From Nitrospirota bacterium (GTDB lineage: Bacteria > Nitrospirota > UBA9217), in assembly GCA_963749655.1 (NCBI GenBank), contig CAVVOB010000028.1:256001-320000 (forward strand): 64,000 nt of DNA, given 5' to 3'. Below the pieces are notes generated by a model that did not search any database, was not told the origin of the DNA, and worked only from the letters and a program-made list of their open reading frames with translations. Each line of letters opens with the position of its first letter. The stretch's first letter is position 1. Shown in pieces: positions 20,675 to 32,116 of this stretch. Both the position numbers and the translations under genes were made by a program.

Positions 20675-22005
20675 ATGATCAACATTCTTGCTATCGACGA
20701 TGAAGAACCCTTTCGCCGGCTCCTCGAAAAGAGCTGGCCCGCAAGGGGTATGCCGTGGAAGTGGCGGCCGACGGGAACGAGGCGCTGCGCGTCCTGCGCG
20801 ATCGCGTGTTCGACGTGATCCTCCTCGATGTGGTCATGCCCGGCGTGGACGGCATTTCCCTCATGAAGAAGATGAAAGAGGACCCCGGCGCGCCGGCGAT
20901 CATCGTGCTGACCGGCAAGGCCACGGTCGAGACCGCCGTGGAAGCGATGAAGAACGGGGCCTACGACTACCTCACCAAGCCCTACAAGCTCGATGAGCTG
21001 GCGATCGTGATCGACCGCGCCTACGAGTTCAGCAGGCTGTCCGTCAAGAGCAAGCTGCTCGAACAGGAGCTGGTCCGTCAGGAAGAGCCCTTTGCCTTTG
21101 TCGGCAAAAGCAGGCCGGTCCAGGAGATCCTCGCGCTCATTCAAAAGGTCGCCCCCACGGACTCGGCGGTCCTCATCCAGGGCGAGAGCGGAACGGGCAA
21201 GGAGATGGTCGCCAACACGGTCTGGCATTACAGCCAGCGCAAGAACGCGCCCTTCATCGCCCTGAACTGCGCCACGCTGTCGGAGAACCTGATCGAGAGC
21301 GAGATCTTCGGCCACGAGAAGGGATCCTTCACGAACGCCTATCAGCAGAAGCACGGGCTCGTCGAGGTCGCCGACAGGGGGACCCTGTTCCTGGACGAGA
21401 TCAGCGAGATGCCCGTCCCGCTCCAGGCAAAGCTCCTCCGGTTCCTCGATGCCGGCGAGTTCCGGCGCGTGGGCGGAACCAAGACCCTCCGCACCGACGT
21501 GCGGGTGGTCGCAGCAACCAACAGAGACCTGGGAGCGCTGATCCGCAACAACGGATTCCGCGAGGACCTGTACTACCGCCTGAACGTGATCAACATCACC
21601 ATCCCGCCCCTCCGGGAGCGGAAGGAGGACGTTGAGCTCCTGGCCCGGCATTTTCTCGAGCGGTACGCAAAAAAGCTTGCCAAGCCCGTGTCCGCCTTCA
21701 CCACCGAGGCGTTGGAGCTGCTGACGGCCTATCGCTGGCCCGGCAACGTGCGGGAGCTCGAGAACGTCATCGAGCGGGCCGTGATCGTCTGCGAGACCGG
21801 GACCATCGGCGCGGAAGACATCTCCATCTCTTCCTATGCGGCTGCCGGGGAGATCAGCGTCAATCCCTCGCTCGAGGAAATGGAAAAGACCTACATCCTC
21901 CGGGTCCTGAAGGAAACGAGCGGCAACCAGTCCAAGGCGAGCCAGCTCCTCGGCATCGATCGGAAGACGCTCTACCTCAAGCTGAAGAAGTACGGGATCA
22001 GCTGA
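20675..22005 (+). CDS. Sigma54-dependent NtrC-family response regulator; frameshift at about 20728
   Basis: Receiver domain, GESGTGKE, ESEIFGHEKGSFTNA, LFLDEI, WPGNVRELEN, Fis-type HTH. Confidence 0.93.
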
Positions 22006-22215
22006 TACTGTTTTCAGCATAGTTTATTAACGGCTACGGATAAATAAGAACCCACCTTTGCCGCAAAAAAGCACCTAAGGCGCAAAATAGGATCTGAATT
22101 AAACACGGGATTTTTTATGCGCATTTTGTGATTTATGTGGCTATAAAGACTTGTTCCGTTTCTGTAAAGGTGCAAATCCGTTCTGTGACGGGATAGGCAG
22201 TGAAGGTGAACCATC

Positions 22216-23071
22216 GTGAGTCTCGGTTTTTCCTGTGACACGGCGCTGGTCGTGGAAGGCGGCGGCATGCGCGGCATTTTTTCGACCGGCCTGCTCGACG
22301 GCTTCCTGGAGCACCAGTTCGACCCCTTCCTTATGTACGTGGGCGTGTCTGCAGGCGCCACCAGCATCGCGGCCTTTCTCGCCGGAATGCACGGCCGCAA
22401 CAAAAAGATCTACACCGATCTTTCCGTTCGCCCCGAGTTCATCAGTCTGTGGCGGTTCCTGCGCGGCGGCCATCTCATGGACCTGGACTGGCTCTGGAAT
22501 CTCACGATCTCGCGCATGCGGCTCGATCTTCCGAAGATCTACGGCAAGAACAAACCCTTCCTCGTCGGCATGACGTCCGTGGAAACGGGCAGGCCTCTAT
22601 TCAAGGAGACCGATGCAGGCAATCTCGAACAGGTGCTCAAGGCGTCGAGCGCCTTGCCTGTCTTCTACCGCGGCTTCCTCACCATCGACCATCAGCAGAT
22701 GACCGACGGCGGGGTATCGGACCCCATCCCCGTCGGCGAGGCCCTGCGCCGCGGCGCAACGCGCATCATGGTAGTCCGGTCACCGGCCGCTGGGCTTCCG
22801 CGGTAAAATCGATCCGTTGTCGTCGCTCGTACAATGGCGCCTGCGCAGCCACCCGGCGCTCCGGCTGGCCTTGATCAATCATGACCGGATCTACAGCGAA
22901 GCAGTCGAGCTCATTCGCAAACCGCCTGCGGGCGTGTCCATGATCGAGGTCTGCCCGCCCGACGACTTCCGGCCTGCGCGGTTTACGCGCGACGCCGCTG
23001 TGCTGAGCGAGGGATACGAGCAGGGACGGGCAATGGCGACGGCCGCGATTGCCCGGTGGAAGCAATCATAA
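22216..23071 (+). CDS. Patatin-like phospholipase (DUF6363-type C-terminus); frameshift at about 22790
   Basis: EGGGMRG, GVSAG, ASSALP, DGG. Confidence 0.85.
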
Positions 23072-23081
23072 GGAGAAACAC

Positions 23082-24257
23082 GTGTTCAGTATCACTCTGA
23101 TATCAGCGTTCACCTTTGCCCACGTTTATGTTCTGTGGCGCGCAGCGTCCGTGCCGCTTCTCAGGCCCTCCTTGACGCGGAAACGGCTCGTGGCAGGCGG
23201 GGTCTTCCTCTGGCTGCTGTTCGCGGCCGCGTTTTTTTACGGACACGGCAGTCCGCGTGCGTTCGGGCCGATAGTCGAGCTTGCGGGCATGACCTGGTTG
23301 GGCGCAGTGCTCCTGACCGGAGTTTCGCTGCTCGCCGTCGATCTTGTCACGGGCTTCGGGTTGGCTCTGCCGCGCCTTGCGCCGACCCTGCGCGGAGCGG
23401 CCCTCGTCTGGGGGCTCGTCCTGTCCGTGATCGCCACGGTCCAGGGCACCCGCGCTCCCCTGATCGGGAATTATGAGGTCGAACTCCCGGGGATCCCTCC
23501 CCGGCTGGACGGCACGGTGATCATCGGCCTTTCGGACCTGCACATCGGCGCGACGCTGGATGGGGAATGGCTTGCCAGACGCGTTGCCCAGGTCCAGGCT
23601 GAAAAACCGGACATGATCGTCCTGCTCGGCGACATCTTCGAAGGCCACGGCCGTCCTGCAAATGAACTTATAGAAATATTCAAGGGGCTCAAGGCTCCGA
23701 TGGGCGTGTGGGCCGTACTGGGCAATCACGAGCTGCACGGCAGAGAGGTCTTCGCCGGCCGGCTGCTCCAGGCCGCAGGCATCGCTGTTCTGCGGAATGA
23801 ACGTACGACGATCCGGCCCGGACTTGTGCTGGCAGGCGTGGATGATCTCACTACGAACTATCGCTCCGGGGCGAACAGCGATCTTGTCGCCAGGGCCCTT
23901 GCGACTCCGTCGGCCGGCGCTACGATACTCCTGTCGCATACGCCCTGGAAAGCCGACCGGGCCGCACAAGCAGGCGCAGAGCTCATGCTCTGCGGCCATA
24001 CCCACGGCGGTCAGCTTTGGCCCTTCGGCTACCCCGTCAGGCTGTTCTATCCTCTGCTCGCGGGACAATACGACGTGGACGGCATGACCGTGATCGTGTC
24101 CCGCGGCGCCGGCACCTGGGGTCCGCGCATGCGGTTGTGGCGGCCCGGGGAGATCATTCGCGTGACGTTGAGGACGGGGAATACGAGGGTCCGGCCGGTG
24201 CCGGAAAAGGCGAAAGAGGAGCAGGGGCGCCCACTTCGGCATTTGGTAGCACGATGA
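23082..24257 (+). CDS. Membrane-anchored metallophosphoesterase (YkuE-like)
   Basis: SDLHIG, LGD, LGNHE, LSH, GHTHGGQ; N-terminal TM helices. Confidence 0.9.
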   Translation: MFSITLISAFTFAHVYVLWRAASVPLLRPSLTRKRLVAGGVFLWLLFAAAFFYGHGSPRAFGPIVELAGMTWLGAVLLTGVSLLAVDLVTGFGLALPRLAPTLRGAALVWGLVLSVIATVQGTRAPLIGNYEVELPGIPPRLDGTVIIGLSDLHIGATLDGEWLARRVAQVQAEKPDMIVLLGDIFEGHGRPANELIEIFKGLKAPMGVWAVLGNHELHGREVFAGRLLQAAGIAVLRNERTTIRPGLVLAGVDDLTTNYRSGANSDLVARALATPSAGATILLSHTPWKADRAAQAGAELMLCGHTHGGQLWPFGYPVRLFYPLLAGQYDVDGMTVIVSRGAGTWGPRMRLWRPGEIIRVTLRTGNTRVRPVPEKAKEEQGRPLRHLVAR

Positions 24258-24467
24258 GTAAATCACCATCAAGGCGGGACCTGCGCTGCTTCCCGGACAC
24301 CGCCTTCACTTCTGCGCGATTTCCCCTGTACGGCGCTTGCTGATCTCAGCGAAAAATATTCAGGTCCTCCGTCTTGACACAGATCGCAATATCCCTATAA
24401 TCAAAATACTCATAAACGCCCCCATACCCTGCCGTCCAGCGGCATCGATGATAAAGGAGGCATTGCG

Positions 24468-24893
24468 ATGCAGCAACTGCAAGCTCTGGCCTTGTCTATC
24501 GTATTTTTTATATTGTTCTTTGCATCGGTCCCGGGAAACGCCGACGCTGACATCACAGCACCGGGACATACGATCTCGATCCGGTTTCCGGCTTTTTCCC
24601 TCACGCCGGGCCAGAAAATCTCGGGCTTCAAGCTGAAGTCCTCCCGGGGACGGCTTCAGAGTTCCTGCCTGCCTTCGCGTTGGACCTGCGAAAATCAGGG
24701 TAAAACACTTCACTGCTTTACCATTCATCCGTCCTATGCCACTGCGATGACCGGCAGGCTGCCGGAGATCTTTGTCAGAGACCTGCCTGCAAGCGGGTCG
24801 CAACTGACCATCGAGGCTTCAATCGAATATCTTGAAGGAGACGGTTCGGAACGTTCCGGGGAATTCAAGGAGTCCGACCTGATCATAAAATAG
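24468..24893 (+). CDS. Hypothetical exported protein
   Basis: RBS AAGGAGG and signal-peptide-like N-terminus. Confidence 0.65.
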   Translation: MQQLQALALSIVFFILFFASVPGNADADITAPGHTISIRFPAFSLTPGQKISGFKLKSSRGRLQSSCLPSRWTCENQGKTLHCFTIHPSYATAMTGRLPEIFVRDLPASGSQLTIEASIEYLEGDGSERSGEFKESDLIIK

Positions 24894-25137
24894 GGTTGCT
24901 GGCTCGGTACTCACCCAGCAAAAAAATGAACGCCTCCATTGCAAAAAAACATACTCGGGATTGACCGAATGTTGCACAATGATGCTTAGCTCCGCCTCAA
25001 TTCGCATACCCTAAAAATACCCCATCGAAAGAATTGACTTCTGCCCGCGACATAATATACAGTTCAGTCTCAATCAGATAATTTCGCGAAGCGACTTCTG
25101 AATTTCCCTTGAAGTATCAATATACTCATAGGCGGCT

Positions 25138-26042
25138 ATGAAAAGAAAAACCATATTGATCGTCGAAGACGACAAGGATGTCGCCCGGTATTATTCGGCG
25201 ATCTTTGAGGAAAAGTACGAGGTCATAGTTACCTTCTCCGGCAGGCATGCCCTGAGGCGTTTGAATCAACTCCCCGAAACGCATCTCGCAATCATTGACT
25301 ACAGGCTCCCGGATATTTCCGGCCTCGACGTTCTGAGGGAGATTAAAAAATGCCGGCCCTCCGTGCCGGTCATCCTGGTAACAGCGTATGGGGACGAGAA
25401 TGTGGCAGTTAAAGCGCTGCGATACGGAGCTAAGGACTATATCAAAAAGCCCGTTGCATACGACGACCTCTTGGAAAGAGTCGAATTTTTCCTGTCACTG
25501 CACAATGCGGAAAAAAAAGAGCGTAAATCAGTATGCCCGGAAGAACATCATGCCGCGCCTGCGCCGCTGAAAGACATTGCGTCTTGTCGACAGTTGAATT
25601 ATATTGACGCACAATTCCACAAGCCACGGAGAATCTTTGCGAGTAATGGAACGGCACCTTGTTCGTTCGATCATTCAAAAATTAAAAAAGCGCTTCAATT
25701 CATCGACGATAACTTCACGATAAAGATCAGTCTTGAGTCAGTGGCGGAAAAAGCCTGTTTGTCCCGGTATCACTTCTCGCGCGCATTCAAGAGAGCGACG
25801 GGCATTACGTATCAGGAATATCTTACGATGCGCCGGGTCGAGCAGGCGAAAAAGCTGTTAATGGATCCCGGCGGAGCATCACGGAAATCGCGCATTCTCT
25901 CGGCTACGATGATATGAACAACCTTATAAGAAACTTCAAAAAGCACACCGGCCTCACTCCCTCTGAATTCAGAAACGGCGTACTTCTTTCCAACTCCATC
26001 AGTGTTCATACTGGCCCAGGAGAGGTATTTTCCAGGAAGTAG
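25138..26042 (+). CDS. Response regulator with AraC output domain; frameshift at about 25870
   Basis: Receiver (VEDD, IIDYRLPD, DYIKKP); SRYHFSRAFK; after the shift ITEIAHSLGYDD..FKKHTGLTPSEFR. Confidence 0.85.
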
Positions 26043-26355
26043 GGACCTCTGATTTACAGGTGTCCGCAAAAAGCCGTCAACCCTCATAAACATGTTCCGT
26101 TCAGCTCTCCTCTTCTCTTCCTCCAAGCAATAACAGCAATAAAAGCCTGAAAAAAAGCAACATTAGCCGAGACAGGAATGCAGAAATAATATGATAATGC
26201 AAACTGATGCGGAAGGCTCTATCGTTTTTATCATGGTTCGACATGAGATGTCGGTTGCGGAAATGGCATTACTTGAAAGAAAGGAGGGCGGGATTACGCT
26301 GCGATAGAAAAAATCTAGCTCAATTTTATATTCCGAATCTAAAAAGGAGACAACC

Positions 26356-27402
26356 ATGCGTAAAACAGTATTGATCCTTAGTATCGCTGTGCTATCCCTA
26401 TTTGTCACTTCGGTCGTTATTGCCGCAACCTGGACAATTCCGGCGAATGTGAAGATTGTGCAAAAAACAGCTGCTTCTGGTGTTTATACTTCAATCCGGG
26501 CAGCGCTCGCTTCGATACCAGCTGGCTCTCCGTCAGCAGACAATCCCTTTGTGATAAAAGTCATGCCAGGAGTCTACGATGAAGGCCAAATAAATATGAG
26601 ATCCTATGTCGATATCGAAGGCATGGGCCGGGAGAGCACCATCATCAACTCGGATGTAAGCAATGTCGACTTTGATACCTGCACGGCCGGAACGATCGTC
26701 ATGGCGCCTAACAGTGCAATCAGAAATCTCAGAGTAAAAAATTACGCCGCTACGCAGAATCTTGCTGCCGGCATAGTCTTTAATAATGTCGAGGCAAAGG
26801 CCGAAATGATCGACGTCTCCGTAGGAGATTCCGACACCTTTAACGCAAGAAATGCGGGCATTTGTTCCACAGGAACTCAGGGACATGCCATTCTCAACAA
26901 CATCTTCGTTGAAGTCCACAACGCCACTGACGGACACTCCAATCCTATCATGGCTCTCGCTGACGGAAACGTGACGCTTTCAAACTCAAAGCTCCTTGCG
27001 TTTTCCACCGGCGATATCGGAGATATTTATGCGATAGACTGTGTTTATGGAAACGGGCTTGGAACAGTTAAAGTTGATAATAGTTATATTGAAGGAACGG
27101 CTGGGACCGGAGTTGTTACGATGTTGCATATTGATGACTGCAAGGCGTCCATTTCGGACTCTATTCTCAACCCACTCAATGGAGGCTGGATAGGTACTGT
27201 AACAGCACGTTATGATTTTAGTATTGTAAACACACAAATTTTCACGGGACCTGGCGGGACCAGCATTAGCTGGGCGGCTAGTGGGACTGCGAAGATTGCC
27301 AACAACTTGATTCAAGGCGGTTTGGGCAGTATCGATAATTTGTCTAATATGAAGCTTTTCAATAATTATGATGAAAATTTTAACATGATTCCGAATCAAT
27401 AG
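26356..27402 (+). CDS. Secreted protein, probable pectin-lyase-like beta-helix
   Basis: RBS AAGGAG, signal peptide, SIRAAL..VIKVMPGVYDE..VDIEG; Asn/Gly/Ile-rich; visibly AT-richer DNA. Confidence 0.65.
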   Translation: MRKTVLILSIAVLSLFVTSVVIAATWTIPANVKIVQKTAASGVYTSIRAALASIPAGSPSADNPFVIKVMPGVYDEGQINMRSYVDIEGMGRESTIINSDVSNVDFDTCTAGTIVMAPNSAIRNLRVKNYAATQNLAAGIVFNNVEAKAEMIDVSVGDSDTFNARNAGICSTGTQGHAILNNIFVEVHNATDGHSNPIMALADGNVTLSNSKLLAFSTGDIGDIYAIDCVYGNGLGTVKVDNSYIEGTAGTGVVTMLHIDDCKASISDSILNPLNGGWIGTVTARYDFSIVNTQIFTGPGGTSISWAASGTAKIANNLIQGGLGSIDNLSNMKLFNNYDENFNMIPNQ

Positions 27403-27494
27403 GTCTCAAGTGGGACCGGCTGCACATTGACGAATACAGCCGGTCCCCGATCTTTAGCATACAATAAATTAACGGCCACACCTTCTTTCGAAAA

Positions 27495-28369
27495 TCAAAC
27501 AGAGATTGTCATCCTTACCTCAACCGCCTGCCTGTCCAGTTCCTCACCAATGACCACCATCCTGCTGCTCCCGATTTCCCTCTCGAAAACTACCTTGTCC
27601 ACTCTGCCGTAGGTGCTGTCGAACCGCCACGGTCCCTCCTGCGTGTTGACGAGTGCCTTTGCCCGGGCAACTGATCCGAAACGGTCCTTTCGACAGTTCT
27701 TCGAAAAAGTGCGGTGAAATCCGCCAGTGCCGGTCTGTTCTTGACTGCGAACGACAGGGTCTCGAAATGAACATGACAGTCATCAGACCGGATATCGCGC
27801 TTCCGAGGCGCTCGGGAAGGGCGCTGCTGATCGTGGCATTTCTGTACGAAACAGAACTGCGCGGGGATTGAGGGAGGCGATCAGCTGCTCTGCTTTGTCG
27901 ATAGCGGTCGCATCTGCAAGGTCCACCTTGTTCACCGCGATGACGTCGGCATTAACGATCTGTTCCTCGAAAAAACTACCGTACATGCCTGATTCAAAGA
28001 GCTCGGCGAATTCGACGGCGTCGACGATGCCCACGACCGATGCAGGGCCTGTTCCCGCGCTTTCCAACGCTTCGAGCACGCCGGAAGGCGAGGCCACGCC
28101 GCTCGGCTCGATCATCAGGTGGTCGGGCGCAAACTGGTTCACGATCCGCTTGATCGTGGTGATCAGATCGAATTTGAGCGTGCAGCAGACGCAGCCGCTC
28201 GGAAGCTCGACTGACTCGATACCGCAGCGGAAAAAATCTCTCCGTCGATGCCGGCCTGGCCGAAGTCGTTCACGAGCACGACAGTCTTCTCCGTGCGGTC
28301 CCTCAGGTAGTTTCTGATGAACGTCGTCTTGCCTGAACCCAGGAGCCCGCATACAATGGTCGTCTTCAT
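27495..28369 (-). CDS. CobW/COG0523 G3E GTPase metallochaperone; several frameshifts
   Basis: CGLLGSGKTT, VNDFG..GID, ELPSGCVCC, IEPSGVA, NKVD. Confidence 0.85.
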
Positions 28370-28749
28370 GCTGTCTTCAAGTGCAACGATGATGCCACGT
28401 CGTTTGGTCAGTGATGACATCAAGCAGCAAGGGCATCAACAGAAGGCCGGCCTCCTGCAATGGCTGATCAAAGACGCATAAACAGTTACAGCGCACTGAG
28501 GCAAAACGCCCCGTGTCGTGGGGAATTTTTCATCTATCTTCCAGATGAAGAAGTTCTCAAGTTCTGAATGCATGCCCGCACAGAGCGTTGTTCTGTTTCT
28601 CCGCAACCTGCTGTCTCCTTCGCCGCAGACGCAAACTCAATAACATCAGTACGATCGACCAAGACGAACCTCTTGGCCATTCCCGAAAGACCTATAAGGC
28701 AAAGACCTCGGCCTGACAGAGCGCATCTCTGCAATGTATGATTTATTGC

Positions 28750-28765
28750 TGGCATTGCAGTTGCA
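28750..28765 (+). promoter_or_regulatory. Sigma54 (-24/-12) promoter of the methyltransferase cluster
   Basis: TGGCATTGCAGTTGCA, i.e. GG-N10-GC with canonical TGGCA and TTGCA. Confidence 0.75.
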
Positions 28766-28780
28766 GAATACTGCATTGCA

Positions 28781-29113
28781 ATGAAAAACATCCTTCTCTG
28801 TTCCTCAAATCCCATTCTGACCAAGAACCTGTACGCTATCCTGCGCGACGCGGGCTTTACCGTGGAATCTATTGAACATCCTGCTTTTGCAGTACAGAGC
28901 GTGATGACCAAAAAATTCAACGCCGTTATCATCGACTCGGAGCCTTTCGGACTTTCGGCTGAAGACGCGGTCGAGATCATCAGGACCGTCGCTCCCGCGC
29001 TGCCGGTCCTGTTCGTGGGAGAGGATGCCCATGGCGCGATGCCTGCTGCGGAAAGGCCGCTCGATCTCGAAGAGTTGAAGCGAACGATCCGCACCATTGC
29101 TGTTAACGGCTGA
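28781..29113 (+). CDS. Small degenerate receiver-like protein
   Basis: Receiver-like pattern (NILL.., AVIIDS, PVLFVG, RPLDLEEL) lacking the N-terminal acidic pair. Confidence 0.65.
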   Translation: MKNILLCSSNPILTKNLYAILRDAGFTVESIEHPAFAVQSVMTKKFNAVIIDSEPFGLSAEDAVEIIRTVAPALPVLFVGEDAHGAMPAAERPLDLEELKRTIRTIAVNG

Positions 29114-29137
29114 ATAAAAAGCATGAAGGGAGAGACC

Positions 29138-30166
29138 ATGAAACCAAAGGACGTGCTTTTCAAAGCATTCGAGGGGGGCAAGACCGACCGGCTTCCCGTA
29201 ACCCTGTTCGGAGCGGGGATGTGGAGCATCAAAGGCTGGGGTTCGTCGTTCCAGGAGCTCTCGCAGGATGCGGACAAAATGACGGCGGTGCTCGTCGACA
29301 TGAGCGAGAAGCTCAAGTGCGACGTGGTCTACGCAGGATCAGGGTACAACAACTTCCATGCATCGGCCCTGGGCGGCAGGATCAAATTCCGGGAAATGGG
29401 CGCGCCGGACCTGGAAAACCATTTCGTTTCTTCCGAGGAGGACCTGGCAAAGCTGAATCTTGGCGACCTTGACAAGGATGGGACCATCAAAACCGTGATG
29501 AAGGCGCTACGCCAGACAAAGGCTAAGATCGGCGACAATTATGCCGTCACCCTGACGGCCTGGGGGCCTTTTACACTCGGCGCCCGGCTGGTCGGTGAAG
29601 AGGCGATGATGAAGGCCACGTTCAAAAAGCCCGCCTTTGTCGAGAAGGTCATCGACTTTGCGACGGACATACTGATCCATCTTTATGAGCCGGTGGTCGC
29701 GGACAAGACCCTCGAGCTCATCAGCCTCGCCGATCCCACGGCATCGGGCGACCTTATCTCCCGGAAGCAGTTCGAGAAGTTCGCGGTGCCCGCTCTCAAG
29801 AAGTTTACCGACTGGGCGAAATCCAAGGGCGCCTACACGCTCGTCCATATCTGCGGGAACACGACCGACCGGCTCGACTTGTTTCCGGCAACCGGCGCGT
29901 CCTGCATCAGCCTGGACCACAAGACGGACATGGCGAAAGCGAAAGAAGCGCTCCACGGCAAGATGTGCTTCGGCGGCAACGTGGACCCCGTCAAGATCAT
30001 GCTGAACGGCACCGTCCAGGACGTGGAGAACGCCTGCAAGGACGTTATCAGGACCGCCGGCATGGACGGGGGGTTCGTGCTCATGCCGGGATGCGACATC
30101 CCGCCGACGGTGCCTTATGCGAACATTCAGAAATTAATCCAGGTCGCGTATGAGACAAAGCTGTAG
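29138..30166 (+). CDS. MtaA/CmuA-family (URO-D fold) methylcobamide:thiol methyltransferase, copy 1
   Basis: GPFTL, ADPTAS, HICG zinc motif, GNVDP, MPGCDIP. Confidence 0.85.
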   Translation: MKPKDVLFKAFEGGKTDRLPVTLFGAGMWSIKGWGSSFQELSQDADKMTAVLVDMSEKLKCDVVYAGSGYNNFHASALGGRIKFREMGAPDLENHFVSSEEDLAKLNLGDLDKDGTIKTVMKALRQTKAKIGDNYAVTLTAWGPFTLGARLVGEEAMMKATFKKPAFVEKVIDFATDILIHLYEPVVADKTLELISLADPTASGDLISRKQFEKFAVPALKKFTDWAKSKGAYTLVHICGNTTDRLDLFPATGASCISLDHKTDMAKAKEALHGKMCFGGNVDPVKIMLNGTVQDVENACKDVIRTAGMDGGFVLMPGCDIPPTVPYANIQKLIQVAYETKL

Positions 30167-30430
30167 TTGAAGCCATGGATAAAAAACAAAACTTGATTGG
30201 AACCACAGATGAACACGGGTGCGGTGAAGCCGCACGCACAGATAAAAAAACGCATCTTTCTCTTTAATGATTGACCGTGTGCGGCGAAGCCGCCTGTGGT
30301 CGATGACTTCTTTAAAAGGAGGTGACACAGTTCCTAGAAGCGAAAGGAGGTCGATACATTGGGTATCTTGGAAGAGTTGAAAAAACTGTTTTTCCGGTCG
30401 CAATCAGCAACCGGGCAAGGGGAGGCAAAA

Positions 30431-30874
30431 ATGGCTGACAAGAAAATGACGTTGGAAGAAGTGAACGAGTACATGAAGAAGCAGTGCGGTTTCGTGCCGA
30501 GGATGTTCCAGATCATCAACACCGTGACCCCGGAACCGGGCAGGACTTTCGCCGACTTCTATGCAAGCATCTTCGGCGACGGGGCACTCTCCCGCAAGGT
30601 GAAGGAGCTCATGTTCATGTCCGGCGGCGTCGCCTACTGCTCGCCGCGCTGCATCATTCACGTGATCCCGGCGATCAACGCCGGCGCGACCACGGGCGAG
30701 ATCTTCGAGGCCGCATCGGTCGGCATGATCCTCGCCGGCTTCGTGCCCGGCGGCCCCGGCATACCCTATGCCTTTGAATATGCCTTGAAGTGCCTTGACA
30801 TCGAGGCCAAGTTCCGCAAGGGCGAGAAGTGGGAATACCTGCCGCAGCCGAAGTTCGATCATGGCGTGTTTTAA
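30431..30874 (+). CDS. Carboxymuconolactone decarboxylase/AhpD-like protein
   Basis: GFVP, GALSRKVKELM, CSPRCIIH, AGAT.GEIFEA; RBS GGAGG. Confidence 0.8.
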   Translation: MADKKMTLEEVNEYMKKQCGFVPRMFQIINTVTPEPGRTFADFYASIFGDGALSRKVKELMFMSGGVAYCSPRCIIHVIPAINAGATTGEIFEAASVGMILAGFVPGGPGIPYAFEYALKCLDIEAKFRKGEKWEYLPQPKFDHGVF

Positions 30875-31069
30875 CTTTCATACAACGGGGGAGCGTTCTC
30901 GGACCTCCCCCGGTATTTTGGACTTATTAAACAATTCATCCAGCAAAAGCGGTTAACCGCAGAGAACGCAGAGGTCGCAGAGATGTCGAAAACATTGAGG
31001 CCGTGCTCTTCTCGGCGTTTCTGCAGAAAAAAAATAGGTCTATTCCTTGTCGTATGAAAAGGAGTCACG

Positions 31070-32017
31070 ATGTTTCGATTCAACACCGAACAAAAAGTCT
31101 TTTCTCTGGGCGGCATGAAGGTCGGCGGACAGCCGGCCGAGAACCCGCCGCTCCTGATCGCGTCCATGTTTCACAACAAGGACCGGATCGTCACGGACCG
31201 GAAGGGCAACTTCGACCGTGCGGCGGCAACCGCCCTGATCAAGAAGCAGGAAGAGCTCTCGGCCTCCACCGGCATCCCCTCCATGGTGGCCATGGTGGCG
31301 AACTCGCCCGAGGAGGCGAAGATCTACATCGACTTCTACCGAGAAACGACGTCCATGCCCTTCGGCATCGACATGTGGGTCGCGGAAAAACGCGCCCAGG
31401 CCACGGAATACGTCGCGAAGCTCGGCCTCCAGGACAAATTCCTCTACAACAGCATCACGCCCTGGGACAAGGACATCAAGGGCCAGGTGCAGAAGCTCAA
31501 GGACCTCGGGATCAAGCATGTCGTGGTCCAGGCTTTTGACGATACGGACCAGTCCCCCGCCGGCCGGCTCAAGTCGCTCGAGAACATTCTGAGTCAGGGC
31601 GCCGACTGCTTCGAGACCATCATCGTGGACACCTCGGTCATGAATCTGCCGGCAACGTCGTTCTCACTCGTCGCCAACCGCATGATCAAGGAGAAGCTGG
31701 GCCTCCCCTGCGGCGGCGCCTATTCGAACGGCACGCACATGTGGAAAGACGCGAAGACGATCTGGAGCCTGGACGGCTTCAAGGCCATGGACGCCGTGGT
31801 GCAGGGCATGGCCTCGGCGATCTGGAGCGACTTCAACTTCTACGGCCCTATCGTCACGGCGCCCCGGATCTTCCCGGCCGTGGCCGCGGCGCAGGTCCTG
31901 CTCTCGACGCTGGTGTACGACGAGACGAAGAAGATCTCGGAGAACGAGAACGTTCCGATCAGGAAATATTTTTCCGACTTCCTCGGCAAGCTGACCTCGG
32001 GAGCGGCGAGAAAGTAA
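31070..32017 (+). CDS. mtrH: MtrH-family pterin:corrinoid methyltransferase (MtrH/MtgA-like)
   Basis: MFRFNTEQKVF..GGMKVGGQP.ENPPLLIASMFH, YNSI, KLGLPCG, FYGPI..A..IFPAVA. Confidence 0.88.
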   Translation: MFRFNTEQKVFSLGGMKVGGQPAENPPLLIASMFHNKDRIVTDRKGNFDRAAATALIKKQEELSASTGIPSMVAMVANSPEEAKIYIDFYRETTSMPFGIDMWVAEKRAQATEYVAKLGLQDKFLYNSITPWDKDIKGQVQKLKDLGIKHVVVQAFDDTDQSPAGRLKSLENILSQGADCFETIIVDTSVMNLPATSFSLVANRMIKEKLGLPCGGAYSNGTHMWKDAKTIWSLDGFKAMDAVVQGMASAIWSDFNFYGPIVTAPRIFPAVAAAQVLLSTLVYDETKKISENENVPIRKYFSDFLGKLTSGAARK

Positions 32018-32025
32018 AAAAATCC

Positions 32026-32099
32026 GTGAGGAGTAAGGAGTGAGGCGTAAGGGGATGAATACCATCTCCTCACTCCTCACACCTAACTCCTTACTCATC
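32026..32099. repeat. Heptamer (GTGAGGA/TCCTCAC) inverted tandem repeat
   Basis: GTGAGGAGTAAGGAGTGAGGCGTAAGG ... CTCCTCACTCCTCACACCTAACTCCTTACTC. Confidence 0.8.
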
Positions 32100-32116
32100 G
32101 ATACTGAGGAGGAACC

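Noticed and set aside
28370-28749. Cobalamin riboswitch ahead of the corrinoid cluster or cobW
   Set aside because: No convincing B12-box or conserved core recognised by eye; an Rfam scan would be needed.
32026-32099. CRISPR array
   Set aside because: The repeats are 7-10 bp degenerate tandem units without unique spacers, and there are no cas genes.
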